From: a virus
Taxonomy: Duplodnaviria; Caudoviricetes
Virus record (IMG/VR): IMGVR_UViG_3300029286_001711
DNA length: 64,000 bases
Direction: 5' to 3' (one strand)
The notes below the pieces were generated by a model, which saw only the letters and a list, made by a program, of their open reading frames with translations, was not told the origin of the DNA and searched no databases. Positions 16,999-28,200 of the stretch are shown here, piece by piece. Position 1 is the stretch's first letter. Each line of letters begins with the position of its first letter. The position numbers and the translations under genes were made by a program.

Positions 16999-18120
16999 TT
17001 AATGACTTATTATATCAACTCCAGAAACTAATGGGTTATATATAAACTCAAAAGTTACGTTATTACCTATTATTGGTAGATTATTAGCCCTAGAATCCAC
17101 AAAATTTACTGTGACATTCACAATATTTCTATAAATTCCGTCCAAACCTAAAGTGAAGTTAGATTTAGCTCCCAATATTATTTGGTCTGCTAAAGCTTTA
17201 GTAGCTATTTGTCCACTATTGTCAACATTAACCATATTAAATATTTCACCAATGTAACCGCTTGATTTCGTTGGGTATGTTGTAGTTGTATTCTTATAGA
17301 AATAATTACTACCGATTCTTATTGCCGGATAAATCTCTACATAAGCACCTTGGTTATTTTCCACGGTGGTTATAGTTTGAAACCCTTTATCAGTCCAATA
17401 ACCCCATTCATCTGGACGTACTTGTAATACAGCAGAAGTACCATTAACAAAACTACCACCATTACCTACAGAATTCGTACTAAAAACTAATGAAGTAGGA
17501 AGTGACCATCTAACATTAGATGTGTTATCAACCATTTGAACGGCAGAACCTTGAGATGAAACATAGATAGGACTCACTATATTATAATTCAATAAATCTT
17601 GTGGGTTGTTGAAATTATATATAATCCTATCAAAATTAGTAATGTTATTTTTATTAACATAAGTATTAGTTATGTTATCCCTAGTTTGAATTACGCCACT
17701 AATATAATCATATATTACATTAGTTAAACTAGGCATTCCAGTGTTACTATAAGTTGTGATACCGTTTAATGTGTCAACCATAGTACCTAAATCTATAATA
17801 AAATGTGGTGAAGGATCTGACCATTCACCTGTGGCACAATTAATATTGTTAAAATTAATTTTTAATCTACTAGTTAATTGTTTTATTTCTTCAGGTGTTA
17901 ATGGGGTTTGATACAGACTACTACCTTTAGCTACACCACAGAAAGCTGTGGTTGTATTACTAGTACCATTAACTAAAGCAATATTACTTTCAGGAACGGT
18001 AACACCGTAATTGTGAGAATGATCTGTAAAATCCACTCCATAAAGGGTTGGGACTATACCTTTCTCAGCGAAAAGTTTCCATCCTGTTAGTGTTGGTACT
18101 GTTATTATCGTTGTTGACAT
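16999..18120 (-). CDS. Putative virion structural protein
   Basis: N/T-rich; N-terminal TLTGWKLFAEKG...FTDHSHNY motif shared with neighbours. Confidence 0.6.
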   Translation of the reverse strand: MSTTIITVPTLTGWKLFAEKGIVPTLYGVDFTDHSHNYGVTVPESNIALVNGTSNTTTAFCGVAKGSSLYQTPLTPEEIKQLTSRLKINFNNINCATGEWSDPSPHFIIDLGTMVDTLNGITTYSNTGMPSLTNVIYDYISGVIQTRDNITNTYVNKNNITNFDRIIYNFNNPQDLLNYNIVSPIYVSSQGSAVQMVDNTSNVRWSLPTSLVFSTNSVGNGGSFVNGTSAVLQVRPDEWGYWTDKGFQTITTVENNQGAYVEIYPAIRIGSNYFYKNTTTTYPTKSSGYIGEIFNMVNVDNSGQIATKALADQIILGAKSNFTLGLDGIYRNIVNVTVNFVDSRANNLPIIGNNVTFEFIYNPLVSGVDIISH

Positions 18121-18124
18121 CTTT

Positions 18125-18355
18125 TTATGTTAAAATATATCTATTGTTTATTGGAACCCCTAAGATTCCGCCTTTAGTACTACCCTTAAAATCTACCCCT
18201 AGTGATGGATATACATCTACTGTATAATTCACATCACTATCAGTAAACTCACAATAAAGTTGTAAGCCTTGTAAACCAGTTGTAGCTAAAACTTTTTTGC
18301 CATAATTGGTTAGAGCAACACTTACTCCACTTGTATTATCATTAGTAAAACTCAT
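18125..18355 (-). CDS. Small putative virion protein (tail-collar-like N-terminal motif)
   Basis: ALTNYGKKVLATTG...FTDSDVNY. Confidence 0.6.
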   Translation of the reverse strand: MSFTNDNTSGVSVALTNYGKKVLATTGLQGLQLYCEFTDSDVNYTVDVYPSLGVDFKGSTKGGILGVPINNRYILT

Positions 18356-20400
18356 TACAAAGCAAATGCAAATTGTACTATTATTGTCGCGTTTATTACC
18401 TTTTCAATAGGTAGGTTCATTTTACCAACAGCAACCACATTACCATTAACATCATATATCATAATCTCATTAATGTGAACTCTCTGTCCAGAACCAGGCC
18501 ATGTTGGGTTGGTTGAGGTGTTGAACATTGTTGGTGGTATTGTAAATACAAATTGTGTTCTATATGTGTTAGTTGTTCCAATCGCCTCAATATTACCAAA
18601 GAAAAATCTCTCATCACCAAATTGTAAATAATCTGGTTGTGCTATCTGTGGTATGGTTATATAATCATTCAAATTATAAATTGTTGCTGCTGAATAAGTC
18701 GTCATATTAATATTGAAGGTTGAATTCTCCATATTAATTGGGTTTATTTTGTTACCTACCGTATGTGAAACAATATTTGAAGTATAATCCATTATTCTCC
18801 ATTGTGTAGGGTCTGGATAAGTACCTAAAGGTTGTCTTTGTGCTAAAATATTAAACTTGTCAGCGTACCAACCAGTTCCACCAGATATTTCCATGAACGG
18901 TAATTCTGCGGTTGGGAATTGAACGTCAACACTCTTTTTAAGAGTTGGTGGACAATTTTCATTTGCGAAATTAACACAAACAGTATTTTGACAATGTAAT
19001 CCAGAAGTATATCCTGAAGTACTCTCAAACATATAAGTAACGTATAGATTTTCAGTTGCGTCTATAATACCGTTAGTACTTGATTGTAAATCTGTTAATA
19101 CTGTCGGTAATGTCCAGTTTCTATTTGCTTTATAAGAAAGTGCTGCAACTAATTCTTGGTCGTCGATTGTGAATATCTCTAATTCTGGGAATATTCTACC
19201 AACTCCATTACCATAGTTATCAACAAGATTGTAATAAGATACAGTCGTATTACTTCCTGATAATGTTACATATTGTACAGAACCAGAACCACTAAATACA
19301 TGACCAATTGTGTTACCACTATCTTTATGCCACATCAATGTTGGCATAATCAATTTAGGTGTACTAGGAATTGTTGTATCTATATAAAATTTTTGACCGT
19401 ATTTTTGTTCGGTTTGGCTTGTACAACTTTCAGTATTTGTGTAATGTATTATACTAATTGAGGGAACTATGTGACATGCCGTATTAGCTGTAAATAAATA
19501 ATTTATTTCAGATGTGTACCCGAAATATTCTTTACTACCAATATAGTTTTCAGAACCATATTTGTTAAATGTTTCGTGTGTTGATTGATTAACACCTGGA
19601 ATTGGATATGACCAAACATTGTTCATGTTCCAAACACATCCACCACTAAAGTAACCACCCTCATCGAACAATTTATTTTGTGTATCTCCAGTTCCAGAAC
19701 CCAATGGGTAGAAGGTTGTCCAACAGTAGTTAGAACCAGCATAACCTGGGAAACTAGCGAAATCTCTATCGATTTCAACCTGTAATGTGTTAGCCGATAA
19801 ACTACCAGTTAAACTTTGTACTTGGTACCATAAATAAGGTACTGGCGTATTAAGTTCCACAACACTCTTACTTTGTGTTGTCACTAATTCATCATTACTC
19901 ATCTTAACCATCATCAAATCACCAACTTTTGGTTCATAAGGATTAAGACCGTATGTGGGTGCTTGTGATACTGAAATAAATGTACCACCAGTGATACCAG
20001 CTAAATTAATGATTGCGTCATCTTGTAAAACATGACAAACCGTATCGGTATACGCGGTGTACTGTATTGTACTTCCAGTGTTATAAGTAAAGAAACCTAA
20101 TTTAGGTGCTTGTATATTTGTTTGTACTATAACAGGGTTTAATGTCGGTACTTGTAAAAATGTACTTACCGCATTTGGTGTTGGTTTTAGAGGTGTTTTA
20201 AGGTCTGGGTTTTCAGCCTTAGCTCTAATAATATTATTCAGTGTTATATCATAGGTTGGCCCTAAAGTTGTGTAATCAATTTCAGAATCACCTAATCTGA
20301 ACCTGTCAAAAGTTAACATGCCTAATGAGAGTAGTTGTCTACCCATATTTGTCATTCTAGCACTTACTACAACATCACTATTTTTTCTTATATAACTCAC
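18355..20400 (-). CDS. Virion structural protein with tail-collar-fibre-like termini (GTG start)
   Basis: N-terminal RMTNMGRQLLSLG...FRLGDSEIDY and C-terminal INEIMIYDVNGNVVAVGKMNLPI resemble DUF3751-type modules. Confidence 0.65.
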   Translation of the reverse strand: MSYIRKNSDVVVSARMTNMGRQLLSLGMLTFDRFRLGDSEIDYTTLGPTYDITLNNIIRAKAENPDLKTPLKPTPNAVSTFLQVPTLNPVIVQTNIQAPKLGFFTYNTGSTIQYTAYTDTVCHVLQDDAIINLAGITGGTFISVSQAPTYGLNPYEPKVGDLMMVKMSNDELVTTQSKSVVELNTPVPYLWYQVQSLTGSLSANTLQVEIDRDFASFPGYAGSNYCWTTFYPLGSGTGDTQNKLFDEGGYFSGGCVWNMNNVWSYPIPGVNQSTHETFNKYGSENYIGSKEYFGYTSEINYLFTANTACHIVPSISIIHYTNTESCTSQTEQKYGQKFYIDTTIPSTPKLIMPTLMWHKDSGNTIGHVFSGSGSVQYVTLSGSNTTVSYYNLVDNYGNGVGRIFPELEIFTIDDQELVAALSYKANRNWTLPTVLTDLQSSTNGIIDATENLYVTYMFESTSGYTSGLHCQNTVCVNFANENCPPTLKKSVDVQFPTAELPFMEISGGTGWYADKFNILAQRQPLGTYPDPTQWRIMDYTSNIVSHTVGNKINPINMENSTFNINMTTYSAATIYNLNDYITIPQIAQPDYLQFGDERFFFGNIEAIGTTNTYRTQFVFTIPPTMFNTSTNPTWPGSGQRVHINEIMIYDVNGNVVAVGKMNLPIEKVINATIIVQFAFAL

Positions 20401-20414
20401 TTTTTACTTTTATT

Positions 20415-20424
20415 TATAAATATC
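20415..20424 (-). promoter_or_regulatory. Phage promoter-like motif GATATTTATA
   Basis: 14 nt upstream of the GTG at 20400. Confidence 0.6.
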
Positions 20425-20444
20425 GTTATCTTATCTTTTTACTA

Positions 20445-23400
20445 TTATTTCTCAACAAAGAAATCATTTTTCAATTTATTAATCGCTGTTTTACCAGGGT
20501 GTATACCAAAATAATAGTATGGTATATTATTTCTGGAATTTATATTGTTTCTGTTGTAAGATGATGTTATATAGTCAAACATACTTACCTGAGCAGATAG
20601 TTCATCGTCTGGGTTTGGTTGTAGTGAAGTAGTCCAATAATTAAATGGTGGACAAACACCGCTATTACCACAAGGACTGAATCTGTTTCCAATATTAGCT
20701 TGAACCTCAAACCCACCCCAATCGTAATTTCCAGATGGATTACTATCTGCGGGTATACTATCTATGGCCGCGGTATCAGCTATCGGATCGGATATATTAA
20801 GAGGGTCGAACACAAAATTACCGTTTACATCCACAGATGTTCTAACATCGTTATATACCTTAGAAACTTCTTTCATCCAAAAAAATGGTGTACTTTTCAT
20901 TTCGTATTCATGACATGACGGACAAGGACCATCTATTAAAGGTCTACAAAAAAGTTCTTCAAAATCACAAGCCGGTTTTAAATTACGGCCTAAATAAAGT
21001 AAAACATCTCTTGGATTTTCATAAGAACTCTCTTTTAATATTTGAGCCCAATACCCAGCATCCCAACCATTTTCATAATATGTTCCAGTAAAAAATGTTG
21101 GGGTTTGTGTATATTGTCTTAAAGCTTTCCCAGCACTGATTGTGTCTTCTATTTGTTCTAACTCTTCACTACACATTTCAATTCTACCAAGTGACACAAT
21201 TTTTGTTGACATCAATGCGTTACAGTAAATTATATCTTTAATATCGTTAGCCCCAGTTACTGCTCTGTTATGGTCAACTTCATGATATCCGTTGATACCG
21301 AAATATGCGTGACTTTTAGTTCGACCTGGACCTCTTAATAGACACCTATCACACCCATTACTGTTAGAAGTGTCAAGACAACAATTGTTTTTCTTATAGT
21401 TATCACCCCTAAAAGTATCGGAACCTGGTCCACAGAATTTCTCTTTACCTCTTTTATTTTTTTTGTACTTAAATTGAAATAGATAAGCAGTACCAACAAC
21501 CCATGCGTCATTAAAATTCCTTCTAATAACGTTTCTATTTTCAGCTAAATTTAATTTGACACAACACTGCCACTCTTCTAATTGTTGTAGTGCACAAGCA
21601 CCAGTATCAAGTGGGTTGGGTATTTCGATGCCAAAACAACCACCAAAAAAAAGATTAAATTGCCCTATACAACCCGATCCTGGAGAACAATAACACCCAG
21701 GAGTTTGACTACCAATCTGAAAACAAGGATCCCCAGAACCGTACTCACAAAGGTGACCGTAACCATTATTATTTGGTCCACAAAAAGGTCCTGGAGCTAA
21801 AGGACAAGGATCACAGTTATATAAACAAATAATATATTCTGAACCACTTTCATTATTAGCACCTTCACATTTTAAAGTTAAACCCCTTGCACAACCTGAT
21901 CCTAGAACGCAATTCGGGTCAAGTCTTGGGAATAATGGTCCAAGTATTGCATTAAATGGGCATAATGAAATACAAAGTTTAAACTTAATATCAAGATGAA
22001 TTATATGAATAGTTGGGGTTTTTATTGTTGGGAATCTAAATGTTGGTATTGAGATCTTACCCACACCAAAACTATGGAAAACGGTGAACCCCGAAGATAA
22101 TATAATGGGGCATATGACAAAGTTGATGTTAAAATCGAGACGAACACAGAAATTAATACAAAAGTTCAGTATTATGATAAATAATCGTATAATAAAAGCC
22201 AATATGTCAATAAAAAATTGTACAATAACATATATTAAATCAAATTTCCATATCGCATTAGTGTATGGAAATAAATTCGTCTCACCAATTACATCGGTAT
22301 TTTTAACACCTAAAAAACTAAATCTATTAGTACCTTTTTTATATTTTTTAATATAATGAGCAATACTATATATTTGTTTCCATTCAAATAAATGAAAATC
22401 TAATTCGGGATTTTTATATGCAGTAATGTCGTCGGTAAATCTTTGATCTTCAGTACCACCTTGATTACCAGCACCCCAAGATGTTTGATTAACAGCACCG
22501 AATGTACCACCAAAATTTCTACCCAAACTAGGAAATAACATATGTGCGGTTCTAAATTTAGGGTTTTCGTTGGGTTCAATAAAATTCATCTTAAATCGAT
22601 ACATCCCTTTGGTTGCGATACCAATAGAAGGATCTGGAGATGGTATTAAATCACCAAATTCATCTGTAATTACATGTCCAAGATTCATTGGTAGTGGGAA
22701 TGCGAACACCCCGTCATCATCTATTAATTCACCCCCGTCTATTGAAAAATCTTCTAATTCTGTGGGTGTAATTTTTTTAAGTGATGGGTTAACCCAATCA
22801 GCAATACTATAATCTTTAGCCCTAATCATTTCAATACGACCAGCACCAGTTTTAAGTCTATCCTGTTCACCCATATCGTTTTTAGGATTACAACCTTTAT
22901 TTAGGGACATTTTACCATCATCAGTAAAAATAGAACCAAAAAATAATGTGGTCGGTTTAATCTCTAAACCAGTGTCGAAATCAGTTCTTGTGATACCAAT
23001 TTCACATGTTTCTGAATCACCCCAAAACGGAATAACTTCAATACCTTTATTACCTGATTTAACTTGTGGTAATGAATCTAAGTTTGGTGATGTTTTAAAT
23101 TCTGTTTTTGATGCAAACAATTTTTCTGGATAACCTTCCGATATTAAATCATAGGGTCTAACACTGGCAGCCCCAATATCACTCATATCGAGATCCATAT
23201 GTAATACTTGTTGTCCTGTTGGTACACCAAATAACATAAAGTCTCCAGCTTCATTAGTTTTTGTTGTATACTTATAATACTTATCAAAAACCTCTAAAAC
23301 AATATCATTATCTAACATCGTTGATTTATCAGGAAATGTCCCAATAGGTTTATTTAAAATACATGTTTGTTTAGATAGTAGAAGATTATATCGTATACCG

Positions 23401-23699
23401 TTTTGATCTTTTTGATACGGAGTTTTAAACGGATATAAATCTTTAATTAGACTATTTTTTTGGTCTTCATCTGTAATAGGAATGAATATTGATAGTTTAG
23501 CATTTGGTAACCCAAAACCTTTATTAGCAATAATACGACCAACAACAACACCATAATTGGCACAGAAAGGTTGATATAAATCTTCCTGACTGATTTTTAA
23601 ACTTAAAATCTCAAGAAAATCAAAATCCTGTTCCAGTTTAAGTCTAATATTTTGACTTTGACCTGGTGTTGTTCTTATCCTAATTGATTCATTTGCCAT
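20445..23699 (-). CDS. Large virion protein with hydrophobic segment and Cys-rich region
   Basis: 1084 aa; N-terminal GVVVGRIIAN.G.GLPNAKLS (carboxypeptidase-regulatory-like by eye), central hydrophobic stretch, then dense Cys. Confidence 0.6.
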   Translation of the reverse strand: MANESIRIRTTPGQSQNIRLKLEQDFDFLEILSLKISQEDLYQPFCANYGVVVGRIIANKGFGLPNAKLSIFIPITDEDQKNSLIKDLYPFKTPYQKDQNGIRYNLLLSKQTCILNKPIGTFPDKSTMLDNDIVLEVFDKYYKYTTKTNEAGDFMLFGVPTGQQVLHMDLDMSDIGAASVRPYDLISEGYPEKLFASKTEFKTSPNLDSLPQVKSGNKGIEVIPFWGDSETCEIGITRTDFDTGLEIKPTTLFFGSIFTDDGKMSLNKGCNPKNDMGEQDRLKTGAGRIEMIRAKDYSIADWVNPSLKKITPTELEDFSIDGGELIDDDGVFAFPLPMNLGHVITDEFGDLIPSPDPSIGIATKGMYRFKMNFIEPNENPKFRTAHMLFPSLGRNFGGTFGAVNQTSWGAGNQGGTEDQRFTDDITAYKNPELDFHLFEWKQIYSIAHYIKKYKKGTNRFSFLGVKNTDVIGETNLFPYTNAIWKFDLIYVIVQFFIDILAFIIRLFIIILNFCINFCVRLDFNINFVICPIILSSGFTVFHSFGVGKISIPTFRFPTIKTPTIHIIHLDIKFKLCISLCPFNAILGPLFPRLDPNCVLGSGCARGLTLKCEGANNESGSEYIICLYNCDPCPLAPGPFCGPNNNGYGHLCEYGSGDPCFQIGSQTPGCYCSPGSGCIGQFNLFFGGCFGIEIPNPLDTGACALQQLEEWQCCVKLNLAENRNVIRRNFNDAWVVGTAYLFQFKYKKNKRGKEKFCGPGSDTFRGDNYKKNNCCLDTSNSNGCDRCLLRGPGRTKSHAYFGINGYHEVDHNRAVTGANDIKDIIYCNALMSTKIVSLGRIEMCSEELEQIEDTISAGKALRQYTQTPTFFTGTYYENGWDAGYWAQILKESSYENPRDVLLYLGRNLKPACDFEELFCRPLIDGPCPSCHEYEMKSTPFFWMKEVSKVYNDVRTSVDVNGNFVFDPLNISDPIADTAAIDSIPADSNPSGNYDWGGFEVQANIGNRFSPCGNSGVCPPFNYWTTSLQPNPDDELSAQVSMFDYITSSYNRNNINSRNNIPYYYFGIHPGKTAINKLKNDFFVEK

Positions 23700-25285
23700 T
23701 AATACGTATAATTAATTGGTCCTTTTGTGTTGAAGTAACCTTCAGCTTGTGAACACGTTATCACTTTGTTATCCTTATAACCAGTATAAGTAGTTTCAAA
23801 TATCACCTCAAATCTGTAGTCAAAATCAAGGGCTAAATTATTTATGGTTACAGTATAACTGGATTGGTCTGAAACATAGTTTATTGTTTGTTGATACATT
23901 ATCGTATTTGATACGTCATTCTTATCATATACGTTAACAAAAAACTTACCCTCTATCTTATTTAATCCACCAGGTGTAAACCAAGTGACTGTAAAGTTGG
24001 GTTCTAGTAAACTACCATAATCATTAGTTTCTAATATACTTGCGTTATAAAAAATGGAAATAATATCACCTGTGTGTATAAGGGCTTCATTTAAAATAAA
24101 TCTATTTGGTATAGTACTACTTTTGAAAATTTGATAGTTGAAAGCTAGTTGGGTTCCGTTAACAAATACGATAGGTGTGCCATCACCGATACCAACCCTT
24201 GTAAAGATTTCTTGTCTACTTGTTATTGTATTAAAATTTACATAGTTAACCCCAAAACCAGGATCACCTATATCGACAACAAAATTACTTGAGTCAACTT
24301 TAAAGTTTTCAACACTCCAAAATGGGGTTATATTACTGATTTGATTACCAAACGGATAGTAAGCAACTATCCAGTCCGTATTTTTAATCTCTACACCTTG
24401 AAATACTAGAGTCGGTGGTACACCGAAACCACCATAGTTAAATAATTGGTAGTCGAAATTTGGTGCCATTTGAACACCGTTTACAAAAACTAGAACAGAA
24501 TTTAAAGATGTTGGTGTGTTAGTTAAATTAAAATAATTAAGTTCCCCGTTAAGAGCCTGTGGTCCAGTTGGGTTTGTTGTAATACCATCGGGACCACGTA
24601 AAATAATGTCAGTAATAAAACCAAGTTGGGGTGGGGGGCTAGATGGTCCCTCTAATATTGGTACTGGTGGGTCTACCACAGTCATAAAATAAAAATCTGT
24701 ATCTGATATTAAATTAAGTTGTGTTGTACTCTTCCAAGTATCAAAATATAATCCAGGGCTACATTCTTTTGAAACAAAAGTATAATAAGGTCTAATCATA
24801 TACTGAACCCAAGTATTACTCAAACTACCTTCAAGAAATTGTTGGGTTAATGTTGTACTTGTTATTGCACTAAATGCAAAACAGTTATTAATGAACTCTG
24901 TACCATCAACTAACCCTCGAATTGGTCCGTTAACGCTAAATTGGTTATCTGAAAATATTTTATAACAAAAACTACCTGTATACCCAGTGTATTTTGTCCC
25001 ACCAGTTATTATAAAACTAACATCAAATTCTGGTGTATAAGTTAAATTGTAAACCGCTGTGGTTCCAGTTGTACAACCAGTTAAGGTTTGTGTTAAACCA
25101 GTAATCAACATTGTTGCCCCTGTAACATAATACTCTGGACCTTCAAAAACTTCAGTACAAAATATCGCCTCAGGGTTCATGTTATATACATTACTTAACC
25201 CACTAGAACGTAATAGATTTGTTTTTTCTATCACCTCTTGTGATACAATTAACTCTCCGTTTTTATTTATACATGAAAATCCCAT
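23699..25285 (-). CDS. Putative virion structural protein
   Basis: 528 aa, T-rich beta composition, repeated VFVNG motifs. Confidence 0.6.
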   Translation of the reverse strand: MGFSCINKNGELIVSQEVIEKTNLLRSSGLSNVYNMNPEAIFCTEVFEGPEYYVTGATMLITGLTQTLTGCTTGTTAVYNLTYTPEFDVSFIITGGTKYTGYTGSFCYKIFSDNQFSVNGPIRGLVDGTEFINNCFAFSAITSTTLTQQFLEGSLSNTWVQYMIRPYYTFVSKECSPGLYFDTWKSTTQLNLISDTDFYFMTVVDPPVPILEGPSSPPPQLGFITDIILRGPDGITTNPTGPQALNGELNYFNLTNTPTSLNSVLVFVNGVQMAPNFDYQLFNYGGFGVPPTLVFQGVEIKNTDWIVAYYPFGNQISNITPFWSVENFKVDSSNFVVDIGDPGFGVNYVNFNTITSRQEIFTRVGIGDGTPIVFVNGTQLAFNYQIFKSSTIPNRFILNEALIHTGDIISIFYNASILETNDYGSLLEPNFTVTWFTPGGLNKIEGKFFVNVYDKNDVSNTIMYQQTINYVSDQSSYTVTINNLALDFDYRFEVIFETTYTGYKDNKVITCSQAEGYFNTKGPINYTY

Positions 25286-28200
25286 TATGGTCCTACTATT
25301 AATGTCGTTGTTTCGGTAAACTTATCTTGATATGTTTGAAAATCAATATTAAATGTGTCTGTACTTGGAATTAAAGTGGTTATAGTTGTTGAACCATAAT
25401 CCACAATTGGTACCAATATTACTGGTCCTGTTAATATAGCCGTCCCTGTTTCTAATATCGCCCCAGATATCGTACCAGAACTAACTGTTGAAGTTGTGGT
25501 GGATGGTATAGTACTAACTGTACCAACGACACTTCCTACTACTCTTGGTGGTGGTGTAAAAAATCCTGATGGTACCGATTGTACAATAACTTCAGAATCA
25601 ATTAATTCGTAATCATAATCACAAGGATCTATCATTACGCAATCATCTTCAGGTTTATTACACCATTTCTCAGCAGCAACCCAAATTGTTGTTGCTGGAA
25701 TAAACTGTTCCATGAATTGTAACCAGAAACTTTGGAAAGTCTTCTTATAGTTTTCTAATTCAAGTAACGTAAATGGAGTTGTACAAGCAAATCTATTAGC
25801 CTCTACATAATCAATACTATCAACTGGATAGTAATCAACCCCATCAGTACAACTACCTGATAATGAATTAAATGTTGTTCCTGATGGACAATTTACTTTA
25901 TAACAAGTTTTAGTGTTTGCACTAAAAGTATAATCAACGGGACAAGGTTTATCTGTAGCACACATATTAAATGTTAGGAACAATTCCTTACTGTTTAATA
26001 CTAAATTACTGTGTCTTTCATACACACTTGATTGTACAAAATAGTCCGTATATCTCCAAGGAATATCCGCATCTAAACTAGGGGCAAAGGTTCTATTAAT
26101 GATACCTTCACCATTTAATGTACCAAAACTACCGTCACCTCTTTCGATTATATCATAATCGGAGATGCCAACTTCTGGCGTACCTGGGTTATAAACCCAA
26201 GATTTTTTATTATCAATAACTCTATTTAAATCAAAACCAGGACATTGAATATCATTAACAATTAATACTGGTTCTTGGTCACTACAAGTAACTTTAATAT
26301 CATCAACGAAGATGTCGTAATTACAACAACAGTTTAATCCTTGATATATTTCTAAATTAAGACCAAAATTAAGTGTCAATCCTGACATTGGTAATTGAGC
26401 TTTGATCTCAATCCATCTATCAAATAAATCTACAACAGAATTGTATTCCTTAATTTGAATTAAAGAACCATTTAATAATGGGTTAGTTGTTGTAACCCTA
26501 GCTAAAATAGGGTTTAAATTATTATAACAACATGTTGTTGCTGAAGGTGTTACAGGGTTTACTGGGACATTACCGTTATTATTAGGGTCAATACCTGATA
26601 TAGTTGAGCCTACAGTTCTACCTAATGTATCAACAGTTCCAGACCCAAAAGATAACCCACCACCGAAATCTAAACTACCAAATGGTCCTGTATCGACAGT
26701 CCCTGTACCTAACCCACCTGAAAGTTGGTATAGACAACAAGTATTACCTGGGCACGCTACAACAGCTGTGGGGTCGTAATTTAAAGCTGCAGGATCTTTA
26801 CACCCTACAGAAACCGTTCCAACATCAAGACCACCACCAACATCGACAGTAAAACCAGTTATTGGGGTTGATAAAGTACCTGTATTTGGTGATATAGTAA
26901 CATCACAAAAGACACCATCAATAACAATAACATCTGGTGGATCGGGTATTGGTTGACACGCATTTGATGGTTTACCAAAATACACCCACATTGAAAGTTC
27001 CAAGTTATTATCACATGGTTCAACTTTCATTGGGTTATTGTTAAGATTAAAAATTACTGGTAAACAATCATCTTTTGGTGTTGCGTAACAGTAAGAACCT
27101 TGGAACTCCCAAGGTAGGCTATAATCTTTTATTAACTTATTACAACAAGCTTCACTAATTGAAACTGGTTGTGCGGTATCATTTATAGGATCTTTAAGTG
27201 TGACAATTTGTATATTATTATTGTAAAAATCTTTAATTGTAACCGTTTGAACCATTGTGAGGTCAATCTTACAATCACTTACTGGTGGTTTACATTTACA
27301 AGCGTAACCATCCCAGTATCCATTAGTTTTAGTACAATCAACGCTAGTTAATGTCGCAGGAAACCCAGTTACATCACTAAAATTAACATAGAACCCACCT
27401 GTAATAATCAATTGGTTAGCTAAGATTAAGGTTGCTTGTGCACTGTTAACTGTCTCATTTGTAGGACTTAAATTAGTTAAAATAAAAGTAATTTGTTGAC
27501 TGGTTAACCCTATTGAAATACCGATATTAGTAAAATTAGCATTAAAAAAGACCTGCCCTTGCGGGGTCGATATTAATTGTAAAAATTCTGTTATATTAGA
27601 AATACATTTAGGCGTATACGTAACTACAGCTGGTTTATCACATGAACATAACCCATCTATAAAAATACCGTTTGCTTGTCCACAACAGTTAGCATCAATA
27701 AGATTTCCTGTTGATGTTTGAACATAGAACGTCTGACCACTGTTTGTGACAAGGTCAATAATTTTTGTCCATAAAACTGGGTTTGAAATTTGTAAGCTCT
27801 GACCGTTATGGTGTGTGATATATGTATTGTTCCACCAATTAAGGTTGTTACAATTGAGACATGTTAGGTCAGTTGGGCAAACTATGATTTCTCTATAATA
27901 ACAACGTGAACCATCCCAATAATATTCGTAACCAGCTGGTGGTAATCCACCACCAATTACCCTACCGTTACAACATTCAACTGAATTAACACCTTGAACG
28001 AGGCCCTCTATTGTGATAGAAAAAGGTCCAGGACAGTTAGTATCATTACCACCACCAGTACCGATACCGTATAGACAACAAAAATTACCTGGACATGATG
28101 TAAAAGCGTTAACATCGTAATTTAAAGCTGCAGGATCTTTACAACCCACAGTAACAGTACCTAATCCACCACCTAAAACTGGGTATAGACAACAAGTATT

